This document shows positions 8,935 through 18,189 of a stretch of DNA of 64,000 nucleotides, piece by piece. The notes under the pieces were generated by a model, which saw nothing but the letters and a program-made list of their open reading frames with translations, had not been told where the DNA came from and did not search any database. Positions within the stretch are counted from its first letter, which is position 1. The number at the start of each line of letters is the position of its first letter. The translations under genes were made by a program, and so were the position numbers. This DNA is from a candidate division WWE3 bacterium UBA1401 (lineage in GTDB: Bacteria; Patescibacteriota; WWE3; UBA101185; UBA10185), in NCBI GenBank assembly GCA_002305115.1, contig DBQF01000001.1:92447-156446 (forward strand). Reading direction: 5' to 3'.

Positions 8935-10431
8935 ATTGGACGATATACGAACAAAATCCCTTGAAATCAATGTTTCAAAGTCTTCTACCAGTTCAACATT
9001 AACGATTTTACTCTCTTTGCAGTCAACATAGACTTTCTTAATAAAGTAGTGTAAGAACTGCTTTTTCTCGGTATCACTTAGTGCTTTATATAGCTTGCCA
9101 ATTTGGCTAAATCCCCAAATAATTTTATCTATCTCAGAGTCATTTAGATTATTAGATGGTTTGCTTAACTCCTTAACTTGTTTCTCTATTTGCTTCAGTT
9201 CCTGTTTCAAAGGTTTGTACTTACTTTCAATGCGCTCTTTATCAATCAAATTGTCCTCGAACAGTAGTTTATCCTCAAGTTTGCTCATCTGAGCCTCTAT
9301 GCCTTTTTTTCTCACTTCCAGGGACTTTTTAAGAGCTGGATTCTTACTGCCTTGTTGTTTTTGAACGCTAATTAAGACTTCCTCTATTTTCTGTAATCCT
9401 TTGGGTGTAAAGAGTGTTTTAGTAAAGAGTTTACACATCTCACTATCTACGTGTTCCATAAGAGCATAAGGACTTCCACAGATAGGACATCTATAGTAAT
9501 TTCCGTTAGAGTGATATTCCCCATGCATAAGATTCCTGCACTCAGCACAATAAACTATTCCAGACAGTAACGTTGTGTGTTTTCTTGATCTATCAGCTTT
9601 TCTGTTTTTCAATTGAAAGACTCTTTGGGCTTTATCAAAATCTTCCATGGATATAATAGCTTTGTGCTTGGCTTTTAAATTAATTTGTCCGTCATATTTC
9701 AGACCTCCAGTATATTCAATTCTAGTTAAAATTGTTTGTAAGGCACTTTTCTCTACCTTTTTGTTATTTACAGAACGAAAGCCCTCTGCGTATAAAACAT
9801 CTGAGAGGTTCTGCAAAGAGTAATTACCTGTATTCCATAAATCAAATGCACGTTTAATAAAGTAGCTGGTTTTTGGATCTGGATACATAGGCTCTCCCTT
9901 TTTGAAGGAGTTACAGTAGCCAATCGGTGCTTGACCCGGCTTTAATCCTTGTTCAAACATTGCTTGCATTATTCGTTTAGTTTTTCTACCGGTTCTTTTG
10001 CTTTCCAGTTCATTAACACCCGCCACAATTATGTCTAGAAATTCTGCTTCAGCCGTATCCTCGTTATTACCTTCCAAAGAAATCAACCTGATATCACGTT
10101 TTTTTAGAAAGGCTTTCACTTCAAGATGATCTTTTACGTTTCTGCAGAGGCGTGATGTGTCTTGTACCAGGATAGCGTCAAGTTTACCTTTACTGTCTTC
10201 ACAGAAGTCCAGTAGGGCTTCGAAAGACGGTCTATCTACAGTTCTAGCACTTTTACCCTCATCTTTAAATGCTGCTATTACTTCCCAACCGTTATTTTCA
10301 GCCATTTGATCTAAACGGTTCTGTTGTACAGATAAGGAATGTCCCAGTTCTGCCTGTTCGGCAGTTGTAACTCTTATGTAAAGAGCTACCTTTGGTTTTA
10401 TACCTTCTTTTGGTTCAAGTTTTAATTGCAT
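8905..10431 (-). CDS. Large serine recombinase/integrase (resolvase, recombinase, Zn-ribbon, coiled coil); catalytic Ser position is Thr
   Basis: YIRVTT..Q, DEGKSA..DRPSF, DTSRLCRN, LLSGIVYCAEC..YYRCPIC; last 10 codons overlap tRNA-Asn on the opposite strand. Confidence 0.92.
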   Translation of the reverse strand: MQLKLEPKEGIKPKVALYIRVTTAEQAELGHSLSVQQNRLDQMAENNGWEVIAAFKDEGKSARTVDRPSFEALLDFCEDSKGKLDAILVQDTSRLCRNVKDHLEVKAFLKKRDIRLISLEGNNEDTAEAEFLDIIVAGVNELESKRTGRKTKRIMQAMFEQGLKPGQAPIGYCNSFKKGEPMYPDPKTSYFIKRAFDLWNTGNYSLQNLSDVLYAEGFRSVNNKKVEKSALQTILTRIEYTGGLKYDGQINLKAKHKAIISMEDFDKAQRVFQLKNRKADRSRKHTTLLSGIVYCAECRNLMHGEYHSNGNYYRCPICGSPYALMEHVDSEMCKLFTKTLFTPKGLQKIEEVLISVQKQQGSKNPALKKSLEVRKKGIEAQMSKLEDKLLFEDNLIDKERIESKYKPLKQELKQIEKQVKELSKPSNNLNDSEIDKIIWGFSQIGKLYKALSDTEKKQFLHYFIKKVYVDCKESKIVNVELVEDFETLISRDFVRISSNWLPRVDSNH

Positions 10432-10434
10432 ATA

Positions 10435-10521
10435 AATGGCCGCCCTGGTGAGCTCAACAAGAACGAATTCTGTTGTCCAAGACGGCCATTAAAAAATTCG
10501 TTCCTATTATGTTGAGCTCAC
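10435..10521 (-). promoter_or_regulatory. Structured leader upstream of the integrase (two interleaved inverted repeats)
   Basis: 10448-10469 pairs with 10495-10521; 10435-10448 pairs with 10477-10490. Confidence 0.6.
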
Positions 10522-10553
10522 ACTAATTATACCTATAGGTACTCGCTAACGCA

Positions 10554-10598
10554 ATTTCCCTATTTCCCTATATATATACTTTAGGGAAATAGGGAAAT
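10554..10598. repeat. Perfect 17-bp inverted repeat around a TA-rich spacer (candidate origin)
   Basis: ATTTCCCTATTTCCCTA-tatatatactt-TAGGGAAATAGGGAAAT immediately after the helicase stop codon. Confidence 0.75.
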
Positions 10599-10599
10599 A

Positions 10600-11637
10600 C
10601 TACATCAGGTAATTTTCTGTTTTCTGCAAAGAATAGAAGTCTGTTTTTCCTTCACCCTGTTTTTTGTATTTAGATATATCTTCTGTTTCCACTAGGTGTT
10701 TTAAGGCATCTGATACTATATTTTTTCCACAAATACCTTGTAGGTTTTGTATTATTTCGGGTGTAGCCATTTCTGGTTTTTCTTCAAGAAGTTCTAATAT
10801 TTTTAAGCCTGCAAGCTCAAGCCTCTGAAGATCTTCTTCTGCTTCACCAGCATACTTAAATCTCACGGTGTTTTCTTCCCGTACCATCTCGATAACGAAT
10901 GATGGAATTGTTGTTCCTACTCTACACTTTGGTTGTTTTACCTGAATTTTATTGTCCTTTAGTTTCTTTAGAAAGATGTGCACATCAAGTGATGCAAATA
11001 GTGCAGAGGAGCCTCTTAGGGTCTGAGTTGGGTTTGAATTGCTCCAGATTCCATCTTTACGATGGTGGTGTACAATTAATACCGAACAACCCAGATTATT
11101 TATTTCTCTTAACCTTTTAATGGTTTTGTTTATCTCTTCTGAGTTGTTTTCATCCCCTGAAAATATATCTCTAAAGGTATCCAGACATATTAACTTTAGT
11201 TTCTGGGTCTCTACATAAGTCTTAAGCCATTCGAAGTGACTATCAATATTTATACTGAACCCATTTCTTATAGTAAATAATACGTCTTCGTAAACTTTAG
11301 ATAAGCCAAGAGATTTACACCTGCTTTGTAAAGCTTGTGCAGAATCTTCCTCATTTATGATAAGTACTTTGCCAGGTGTTTCTACGTTAAAGTGATCAAG
11401 GAATGTGCCATCCGAAGCTATACTTTGGGCTATTAATATTTCAATCCAGGTTTTTCCTACAGTTGATTCACCAGATAAGGCTATAATGGCTTCTGCAGGT
11501 AATAAATCTGTTATGAGCCATTCGGGTGCCTCGAATTCCCTAGTAAGTAAGCTTTCCAATGTTATTGGTTTGAATTTCTCAAAAATTTCGAATGTTTCGT
11601 CTACTAAATTTTCATTCATGTTATCTATTAATCCCAA
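10600..11637 (-). CDS. AAA_25/RepA-like (RecA-fold) helicase with a probable C-terminal winged helix
   Basis: PEWLITDLLP, Walker A GESTVGKT, INEED, Walker B LICLDTF, HHHRK, LRGSSAL. Confidence 0.85.
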   Translation of the reverse strand: MGLIDNMNENLVDETFEIFEKFKPITLESLLTREFEAPEWLITDLLPAEAIIALSGESTVGKTWIEILIAQSIASDGTFLDHFNVETPGKVLIINEEDSAQALQSRCKSLGLSKVYEDVLFTIRNGFSINIDSHFEWLKTYVETQKLKLICLDTFRDIFSGDENNSEEINKTIKRLREINNLGCSVLIVHHHRKDGIWSNSNPTQTLRGSSALFASLDVHIFLKKLKDNKIQVKQPKCRVGTTIPSFVIEMVREENTVRFKYAGEAEEDLQRLELAGLKILELLEEKPEMATPEIIQNLQGICGKNIVSDALKHLVETEDISKYKKQGEGKTDFYSLQKTENYLM

Positions 11638-12247
11638 CTAAATATCTCACTGCTTCCTGAAAGGGCAGTTGCTCTATAAGCATTACCAGTTTGATCACAT
11701 CTCCCCCCTGGTTGCAGCCAAAGCAATAAAAGCTATTGGTGTCTGTATATATGTAGAAAGATGGATGATTATCTTGGTGTAGTGGGCAATTGGTCACGTA
11801 GCCTTTGGGCGTTTTTGTTAGTTTTGAAAAATAGGGCAGTGCCTCAATAGGTACCTGTTTAGCCTGCCTTATAGTTTTTTCTCTCATAACTTGAGTTTCT
11901 GCTGATGTATTTTCTATTGCACCCTTTGCCATTTTTATAAGTCCTTCCCAATGGGTAACTTCGTTGTTAATATCTTTCCACTTTTTTTGCCAAATGCTTC
12001 TAAGAAGATCTTTATAGAAAGCCTTGTCTTCAAGATTATTTATGTCAGCGGCTCCTATCAGTTTTTCTCTCAGTTCCTTGATTATTTGCTCTTTTTCTAT
12101 TAAAGCTTCCTCAAGTTTCGCTTCAAACATTGGTAGAAGCTCTCTAGGTGTAAAGAACTCAATAAGTTCCCGCATTGCGTACATTGGTTGGGAAGCTTTG
12201 TATTTTTCTCCGAGGTTATTTAAATAGTTACTTTGTTCTAGGCACAT
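11621..12247 (-). CDS. CHC2 zinc-finger protein (DnaG-type Zn-binding domain, no TOPRIM)
   Basis: CPLHQDNHPSF..FYCFGC..GGDVI..F.EAV..L. Confidence 0.88.
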   Translation of the reverse strand: MCLEQSNYLNNLGEKYKASQPMYAMRELIEFFTPRELLPMFEAKLEEALIEKEQIIKELREKLIGAADINNLEDKAFYKDLLRSIWQKKWKDINNEVTHWEGLIKMAKGAIENTSAETQVMREKTIRQAKQVPIEALPYFSKLTKTPKGYVTNCPLHQDNHPSFYIYTDTNSFYCFGCNQGGDVIKLVMLIEQLPFQEAVRYLVGINR

Positions 12248-12339
12248 ATTTGAACTCCTTTGCTAGACCTGGGTTGCTCTTGAAAGCCTTTTGTACGAAA
12301 TGTACCAAGCTTCCTAAATAAATAGATTGATTGGAGGAC

Positions 12340-12507
12340 TTATTTTGCATTGATGTTTTCCTCCGGGGTTAATTTGACTGTCCTGTAGGCATGTTTTATG
12401 AATACAGGTTTGCCCGCCTGTACTGTTATTTCTAAAGATCCCCACTTAAGGTCTCTTATATACGAAATAAGCAGTTCTTCTGGTTGAGAATTACTTTGTT
12501 TTTGCAT
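12340..12507 (-). CDS. Small DUF2292/YezD-like protein (55 aa, not in the ORF track)
   Basis: Hand translation MQKQSNSQPEELLISYIRDLKWGSLEITVQAGKPVFIKHAYRTVKLTPEENINAK. Confidence 0.65.
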   Translation of the reverse strand: MQKQSNSQPEELLISYIRDLKWGSLEITVQAGKPVFIKHAYRTVKLTPEENINAK

Positions 12508-12551
12508 GTCCTAAAAGTAGTTCATGCAAAGAGTGAAATCGACGGTGGAGG

Positions 12552-13385
12552 TTAGATAATGTATATCGTTGACAAAAGTCCTGAATTGTGTAACGTCCTG
12601 GAGTAGTTAGTAAAGATTTCGCGAAGTTCTTTAGAAGTAGGTATTTCAAGAGGATCAAAGATACTTACTCCATCCCTCTTTTCTGTTATTTTATCCAGTT
12701 CGTCAAAGTGATTAGCCATTTCTGCCCAATGAATTTTTGTATTGTTTTGTTTTGAAATTCTTATCTTGTCCCCATAGAGAGAAAGAACCAAGTTTCCCCA
12801 ATAGACAGTTTTTTCATCTAAATTAAAAGTTCTTTTTTCATCCAAATTCCTTTGGGCATCATTAAATTCAATGTTATGTGTATCTAACCATTTTTTTAAT
12901 TCGTTTACACTTGTTGCTTGTTGTATCAGGATACAGGGATTAGAAAACGTTCTTAACATACTTATTGCTAATAGGGCGGGGTCTTTTATATTTTCCATCC
13001 AGTTGTTAAGATCATTTTTTTTAATTAATTTTATTGCTGTTTTTGGTTGAGGAACAACAATGCTGTCGGTAACTATAGCCATCTTCATTGTGAAATTCCA
13101 GGTTTCAGTAAGCCCGAAGTTTTCTAATAGTTGTTTGGATACTTCTTCAATATGATGCCTTCCATAATCATGGAAGATCTCAAGGACAGATACTATCTGC
13201 CAATTTTTTTCCAATGCTTTGACATTATCAACACCGAGGTTTTGCCTAATTGACACAATCTCATTAAAGAAACTTGGCGAAATTGTGAGAACCCCGCCCA
13301 CTAGTACATCATCTTTATCGAAGCTTTCCCTCTTCACGTTTGGGAAATATCTTAACTTAAATGGATAGTGTTGTTCACTTATCAT
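12552..13385 (-). CDS. Hypothetical protein of the integrative element
   Basis: 277 aa ORF, TATAAT 7 nt upstream; no motif recognised. Confidence 0.6.
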   Translation of the reverse strand: MISEQHYPFKLRYFPNVKRESFDKDDVLVGGVLTISPSFFNEIVSIRQNLGVDNVKALEKNWQIVSVLEIFHDYGRHHIEEVSKQLLENFGLTETWNFTMKMAIVTDSIVVPQPKTAIKLIKKNDLNNWMENIKDPALLAISMLRTFSNPCILIQQATSVNELKKWLDTHNIEFNDAQRNLDEKRTFNLDEKTVYWGNLVLSLYGDKIRISKQNNTKIHWAEMANHFDELDKITEKRDGVSIFDPLEIPTSKELREIFTNYSRTLHNSGLLSTIYII

Positions 13386-13469
13386 CCCCGCATTATACCT
13401 AAAAGCAGCCCCACGGGGTACGGGGGTAACAAATTAGATTTTTGAAACAACCTTTACGGTACCAAACCC

Positions 13470-13679
13470 TTATACTTTTAGGAGTTCATAGGGTTCTACT
13501 TTAAGAGCTTTTGCTATTTTTACTATTGTTTTAAGTGAAGGATTTCTTAAGCCACACTCTATCTCACTTATTGTTGTAAGATCTACTTTCGCATCCAAGG
13601 CAACAGCCTCCTGAGACATATTTTTTTTATTCCTTAATTCCCTTATTCTGTTTCCGACTTTTTCGTAGAACGTAGCCAT
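13470..13679 (-). CDS. XRE-family HTH regulator, similar to restriction-modification controller (C) proteins
   Basis: GNRIRELR..SQEAVA..ISEIECG.RNPSL..I.KIAKAL. Confidence 0.9.
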   Translation of the reverse strand: MATFYEKVGNRIRELRNKKNMSQEAVALDAKVDLTTISEIECGLRNPSLKTIVKIAKALKVEPYELLKV

Positions 13680-13694
13680 ACTGGTAACGTCAGT

Positions 13695-13840
13695 ATGGCT
13701 TTTATGCCATTATAAAACTATGGTATGGATGCCAAATGGGTTGTACTATTCCCTATAGTACCTATTGTATACATAAAGCTGCATATTGATTCTATAAGTC
13801 TTTTGTGTGACAATATCCCATATGGCATAGATGCCATATG
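13695..13840. promoter_or_regulatory. Three ATGGCAT-N2-ATGCCAT-type operator palindromes
   Basis: atggcttttatgccat 13695-13710, atggtatggatgccaa 13720-13735, catatggcatagatgccatatg 13819-13840. Confidence 0.65.
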
Positions 13841-13893
13841 AGTGTCGTTATGTGCTGCCAGATCAGTGATTTTACGGATATAGTACTAAACCC

Positions 13894-14400
13894 ATGCACA
13901 CTATAAGACAAAAATTACATTTTGTTTTTACTCTAGCCTTAATATTTGTACTATTGTTGCTTATACTTAATGCTCCAGCTTTGTTTACTGCTAAAGATGT
14001 CAGGTTTTATAAACTGGATATTATAGTAGTTGAGAAAGGTATCCTCGATATTTACAAGTATCCCCCCGATAACTATCTTTTACCTACCAGAGTAGGCTAT
14101 AGTGAGCCTGAAGTGACTGTAATAACCTCAGATACAAAGGCCAATACAGTTCTAGCTTTTACACTGCCCTCGATTTTTTCACATTTGATGATTGTAAACA
14201 AAGATTTAGAACCTGTTAATAAGACTGTTGCCCTTATGGAAGGTAATAAGGCACATCTTGCTGTGCCAGAAGGTGCTTATTTGGTAGAAATAGCCCCTGA
14301 ATCCGGTTATACCGGGAGTAAATCTATTGAAGTGCGTGAGAATAGTGTGGTGATTCTTCCGGTAGAGAAGGCTTCTAATTATGCTTACTACCTCAGGTAA
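13894..14400 (+). CDS. Membrane-anchored hypothetical protein
   Basis: 168 aa; N-terminal TM segment, beta-rich remainder. Confidence 0.6.
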   Translation: MHTIRQKLHFVFTLALIFVLLLLILNAPALFTAKDVRFYKLDIIVVEKGILDIYKYPPDNYLLPTRVGYSEPEVTVITSDTKANTVLAFTLPSIFSHLMIVNKDLEPVNKTVALMEGNKAHLAVPEGAYLVEIAPESGYTGSKSIEVRENSVVILPVEKASNYAYYLR

Positions 14401-14519
14401 GGCAAAGCTTTAGAAATAAAGATAACAAAGGAGTTTCAGAAGATGTAAAGCACAATAATTATTTGATAGGGTTGGAGGGCATATCTAGGACTTAAATAGC
14501 CCTGATATAACTCAAATTA

Positions 14520-15047
14520 ATGACTGATAATAAAATTAGTACTTCACGTAATCTAAAGAGAAAATTAAAAATATTTGTCTTTGTAATAGCTAGTGGTTTC
14601 TACTATTTTGCTGGATATAATGTTTTTTCTGCATTATTCCATTTTGATTCGATTGATCCTGAAAATTTGACTTTAGTTGGTTCGCTTGCGCAACTTTTTG
14701 CTATGTTTGTTTTACCTGTGATTTTTATAAAATTACTCTTTTGGTTAAAGGATGAAAGTTTATCAATGAGTTTATGGTACATAGTTAAAGAAACTAACTT
14801 GATAAACCAACTGATTAAGAAAAACAGAGAGGGAAAGGTTTCTTTAAATGAGATTATGTATCTTGAAGGGCTTTTGAAAGGTGGTTACAAAAACTTGATG
14901 CAAAGATACGGTAGTGAGCTAACTACTGAGGAGAAAATAGATATGGAAAAACAGATGAATGCTATTGAGAATGCAAGAAGAAAACTCATTGGAGAAATAC
15001 GTGATTCTAATCTTTTTGGTCCTGGCGTGAAAATTGTTTCTGATTAA
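14520..15047 (+). CDS. Hypothetical membrane protein (2 TM segments and a helical tail)
   Basis: 175 aa ORF with two hydrophobic segments. Confidence 0.6.
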   Translation: MTDNKISTSRNLKRKLKIFVFVIASGFYYFAGYNVFSALFHFDSIDPENLTLVGSLAQLFAMFVLPVIFIKLLFWLKDESLSMSLWYIVKETNLINQLIKKNREGKVSLNEIMYLEGLLKGGYKNLMQRYGSELTTEEKIDMEKQMNAIENARRKLIGEIRDSNLFGPGVKIVSD

Positions 15048-15463
15048 TTACTACAAAAATACGAACCTGTTCAAGTTTTTAAAGACTCTAAATGCCTATT
15101 CTTAGCGGATAAAAAAGTAGTTATCTCTTGAAAGCTTGTTATTATATCGATTTAATCCCCGAGGTACGTTTTACTTTGTTGATATTGTGTCCTTTTTAAT
15201 TTTATATGCCGTAGATTATTGTTCGTAAACAATTTAAGCCCTGAGCCACTTTTCACAGCAAGTAACCTTCCGCTAAAAGCCCGTTGAAGTACTGTTGCCC
15301 CATTAGATTACTTATATAATCAGGATTATCACCTGAATTTTCTACCAACTTATAAACTAAGCCATATTCATTCTAATCTCAGGAAACTAAACAATTTTCA
15401 GTTATCCCTTGCGACTCAAACTTAACAGCATTTCCTTTATAGGGTATATAATTACATCAGCAA

Positions 15464-16504
15464 ATGCATATAAAAAAACAAACACTGAAGTATGCGTTAT
15501 TTCTATTAGTGGGATTGATCTTACTTCCCGTTCTCCCCCTAGCCATAGCCATGTTTATCTCTTACAAAGTATATAAATCAGGTGTACAGAAACGTTGGTT
15601 AGTGATATCTGCTGTTATTTTACTTACTTTATTTGCACTCCCTAGCTGGATAAATCTCTTTCCAGATGCCAATGACATCAAAGAATCTACTCAGGATAAC
15701 CAGACTTCAGTAGCCCCCTTAAATATAGCCAATGAGCCACAAGAACAACAGGCTGAAAGCAACATAGTTGAGAATAAAGAAGAAAAACCAGAGTATGAGA
15801 AAGCTTTAGTTCTAAGAGTAGTTGATGGAGATACCATAGAGCTTGAGGGGGGCCAAAAAGTCAGATATATCGGTATGGATACACCAGAATTAACCAGTTC
15901 TGTTGACTGTTATGCCGAGGAGGCTTCGAATAAAAATAGAGAATTAGTAGAAGGTAAAGAGGTTGAGATGGAAAAAGATGTTTCGGAAACAGATCAGTAT
16001 GGAAGGCTGCTTCGTTATGTCTATATAGATGGTCAAATGGTTAATGAGTCGTTAGTTAGTGAAGGTTATGCTCGTGTTGCTACTTATCCGCCTGATGCGA
16101 AGAATAAAGATTTGTTTCTGGCCGCAGAGCAGGATGCCAGGGATAATAGGAGAGGTTTGTGGGGTGATGCCTGTGCTTGTGAGGGGGAAACGTTAAGTAC
16201 TGTTTGTACTTCTTGCAATCTTTCTACAATAACGATGCAAAGGTTTGACTGTTCCACTTATGAGCAGACTAAGGATGATTCTAGCTGTGCCTATTTATGC
16301 CCAGTGCCTAAACCAGAGTCTGTTTATGTACCGCCTGTTGTAACTACTCCTCAGCAACCTTCAAGTAGTTATGTTTGTAATTGTAAGAAGACCTGCCCTC
16401 AAATGAGTTCTTGTGAGGAGGCGCAATATCAGTTGAATGTGTGTGGTTGTTCTCAGCGTGATGCTGATCACGATGGGGTTGCATGTGACGCAGATTGTCA
16501 GTAG
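15464..16504 (+). CDS. Membrane-anchored thermonuclease (SNase) with a C-terminal Excalibur-like Ca-binding domain
   Basis: VVDGDT, VRYIGMDTPE, DQYGRLLRYV, RGLW; C-terminal C..MSSCEEA..RDADHDGVACD. Confidence 0.9.
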   Translation: MHIKKQTLKYALFLLVGLILLPVLPLAIAMFISYKVYKSGVQKRWLVISAVILLTLFALPSWINLFPDANDIKESTQDNQTSVAPLNIANEPQEQQAESNIVENKEEKPEYEKALVLRVVDGDTIELEGGQKVRYIGMDTPELTSSVDCYAEEASNKNRELVEGKEVEMEKDVSETDQYGRLLRYVYIDGQMVNESLVSEGYARVATYPPDAKNKDLFLAAEQDARDNRRGLWGDACACEGETLSTVCTSCNLSTITMQRFDCSTYEQTKDDSSCAYLCPVPKPESVYVPPVVTTPQQPSSSYVCNCKKTCPQMSSCEEAQYQLNVCGCSQRDADHDGVACDADCQ

Positions 16505-16523
16505 TTATTCTAAAATATATCCA

Positions 16524-17075
16524 ATGATATTTGGATTACTAAAAGGCGTATGGTCAACTATTAATTTTACTGATCTCCTCTCTCAGGTTTTAAGTAGTCT
16601 AATTGCGGCAACTCTTTTTTGGATTTTGATTGAGAGCCGTATTAAGAAGTTTGTAGAATCTAAGGAAAGAATTCAACTTTCACGTATGTTTCTTGAACAA
16701 GTTATTTATAACAGAATTGTTGCAGTGAAAATTGTTGAGAAAAAGGATTCTTATCTAAGTGGAAAGAATTACACTTTTCTTAAGTACGAAACTAGTGATA
16801 TTGATAAGTTTTTGGCAACAGAGCCTCTCAATCTTGACATAAAATTTTATGCTAATACTCGTGTAGTAAATGCGGCACTAAAGAAGGATAACATGCTTAT
16901 AGATATATTTTGGTTTAGTCCTCAATTAACTCAAGAAGATAGAAAAATCAATAAAGAGACTTTAATAGCTAATGCCTCTATCTGTGTTGAGAATATGGAT
17001 AAGATACTTAACGATAAAGATTTTGTAACAAAAATGAAGAAACAGGGGTTAACAAAAGCCAGCCTATATAAATAG
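16524..17075 (+). CDS. Hypothetical protein with an N-terminal TM helix
   Basis: ORF 16437-17075; ATG 16524 preferred because it avoids the overlap and has TAAAAT 7 nt upstream. Confidence 0.6.
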   Translation: MIFGLLKGVWSTINFTDLLSQVLSSLIAATLFWILIESRIKKFVESKERIQLSRMFLEQVIYNRIVAVKIVEKKDSYLSGKNYTFLKYETSDIDKFLATEPLNLDIKFYANTRVVNAALKKDNMLIDIFWFSPQLTQEDRKINKETLIANASICVENMDKILNDKDFVTKMKKQGLTKASLYK

Positions 17076-17253
17076 GTGGATAAAACTATTTATGATGAGT
17101 TACTTATTTCCATACCCCACAGCACTAGCATTTTCCTCACGTTAGAGTCTTGAAAGAGCTCAAAACAAATATGCAGATTATGAATGTATCCTCGTTGATC
17201 CCATTTGCCCCTAAGTTGGGGTGGTGAGCGAACTCCATCAATACCCCATAGCA

Positions 17254-17282
17254 TTGACAATTTCATCTTATTATCTTATAAT
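17254..17282 (+). promoter_or_regulatory. Consensus sigma70 promoter
   Basis: TTGACA-17 nt-TATAAT. Confidence 0.75.
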
Positions 17283-17468
17283 TATTGTTGTTAAATAAAA
17301 GAAGGCCGAAGTTTATTGTAAGAGTTATCTACCTTGATTCTTAAGTACATTTTGGTCTTTTTTTGTTGATTTGGGTAGAAATCTGAGCCTGATGGGCTTA
17401 GTTTTGTACCCCAAATCTGGGTATAATGGTCTTTTTTAACGTAGTGAAAATGAAAGGAAGACAAAAAA

Positions 17469-17849
17469 ATGGCGAGTTATGAGGAACTCTTGGCTCAGGC
17501 CAAGAGTATGGGTGGTCGGATGAGTAGGTCTACCCTTATGAGGTGGCGTAGCACCACCGAATCTTTGCTAGGCCAGATGAGCAGCGACTTGTCTGGTGTA
17601 GAGCTACGTGATGGGGAACTGGTGCAGCAACTCCTTGCTGCAAAATTCAACGAAAGTGGCACCTTCGGCGCCGATACGATTACCGTTACCCAAGGCAAGC
17701 CGCCCGTTGGTGGTACGGTAGAGGTATTGGGTAATGCAGTTCTTGGAAAGTACCCAGAAGCTGCGTTCAATGTTCATGTAACTGCATGCATGGACACTCT
17801 CACGATCAGTTTCTTTCCAGTGCCTATCGAAGGAAATACCCGACGCTAG
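17469..17849 (+). CDS. Hypothetical protein
   Basis: 126 aa, AAAGGA SD, visibly GC-richer than the flanks. Confidence 0.6.
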   Translation: MASYEELLAQAKSMGGRMSRSTLMRWRSTTESLLGQMSSDLSGVELRDGELVQQLLAAKFNESGTFGADTITVTQGKPPVGGTVEVLGNAVLGKYPEAAFNVHVTACMDTLTISFFPVPIEGNTRR

Positions 17850-17898
17850 GGAAATTGGATTGTGCATCAAAAGTAGTACGCCAGTACAAGGAGGCATC

Positions 17899-18189
17899 GT
17901 GAAGGTTCTATTCTGTTTCAATGACAATGATGACGTTGCATTGGTTGATGGCCTGGTGGACGCCACGCTTTATCATGCTGGCGTTTCGAACCCTGAGGCC
18001 CGAAAAGAAGCTGTACGGATAAGCATCTCCCGTCTGTTGGTCATGCCTTCGGGCTCCTCTCGTCTTCTGGGCGTTGATACGGTTGCGCCAGAAAACTATA
18101 CAGCCATTCTTGGCCTACTCAAGGGGCCCACGGTTGTATATGCGGTTGAAAAAGGCGTGGCCATAAAGGTGCCCGTGGTTTGCGGCTGA
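17899..18189 (+). CDS. Hypothetical protein
   Basis: ORF 17860-18189; GTG 17899 follows AGGAGG. Confidence 0.55.
   Translation: MKVLFCFNDNDDVALVDGLVDATLYHAGVSNPEARKEAVRISISRLLVMPSGSSRLLGVDTVAPENYTAILGLLKGPTVVYAVEKGVAIKVPVVCG

Noticed and set aside
15050-15420. Degraded reading frame on the minus strand
   Set aside because: Multiple stops and no family recognised; cannot be supported as a feature.
8905-17075. Prophage
   Set aside because: No terminase, capsid, tail or lysis genes recognisable.
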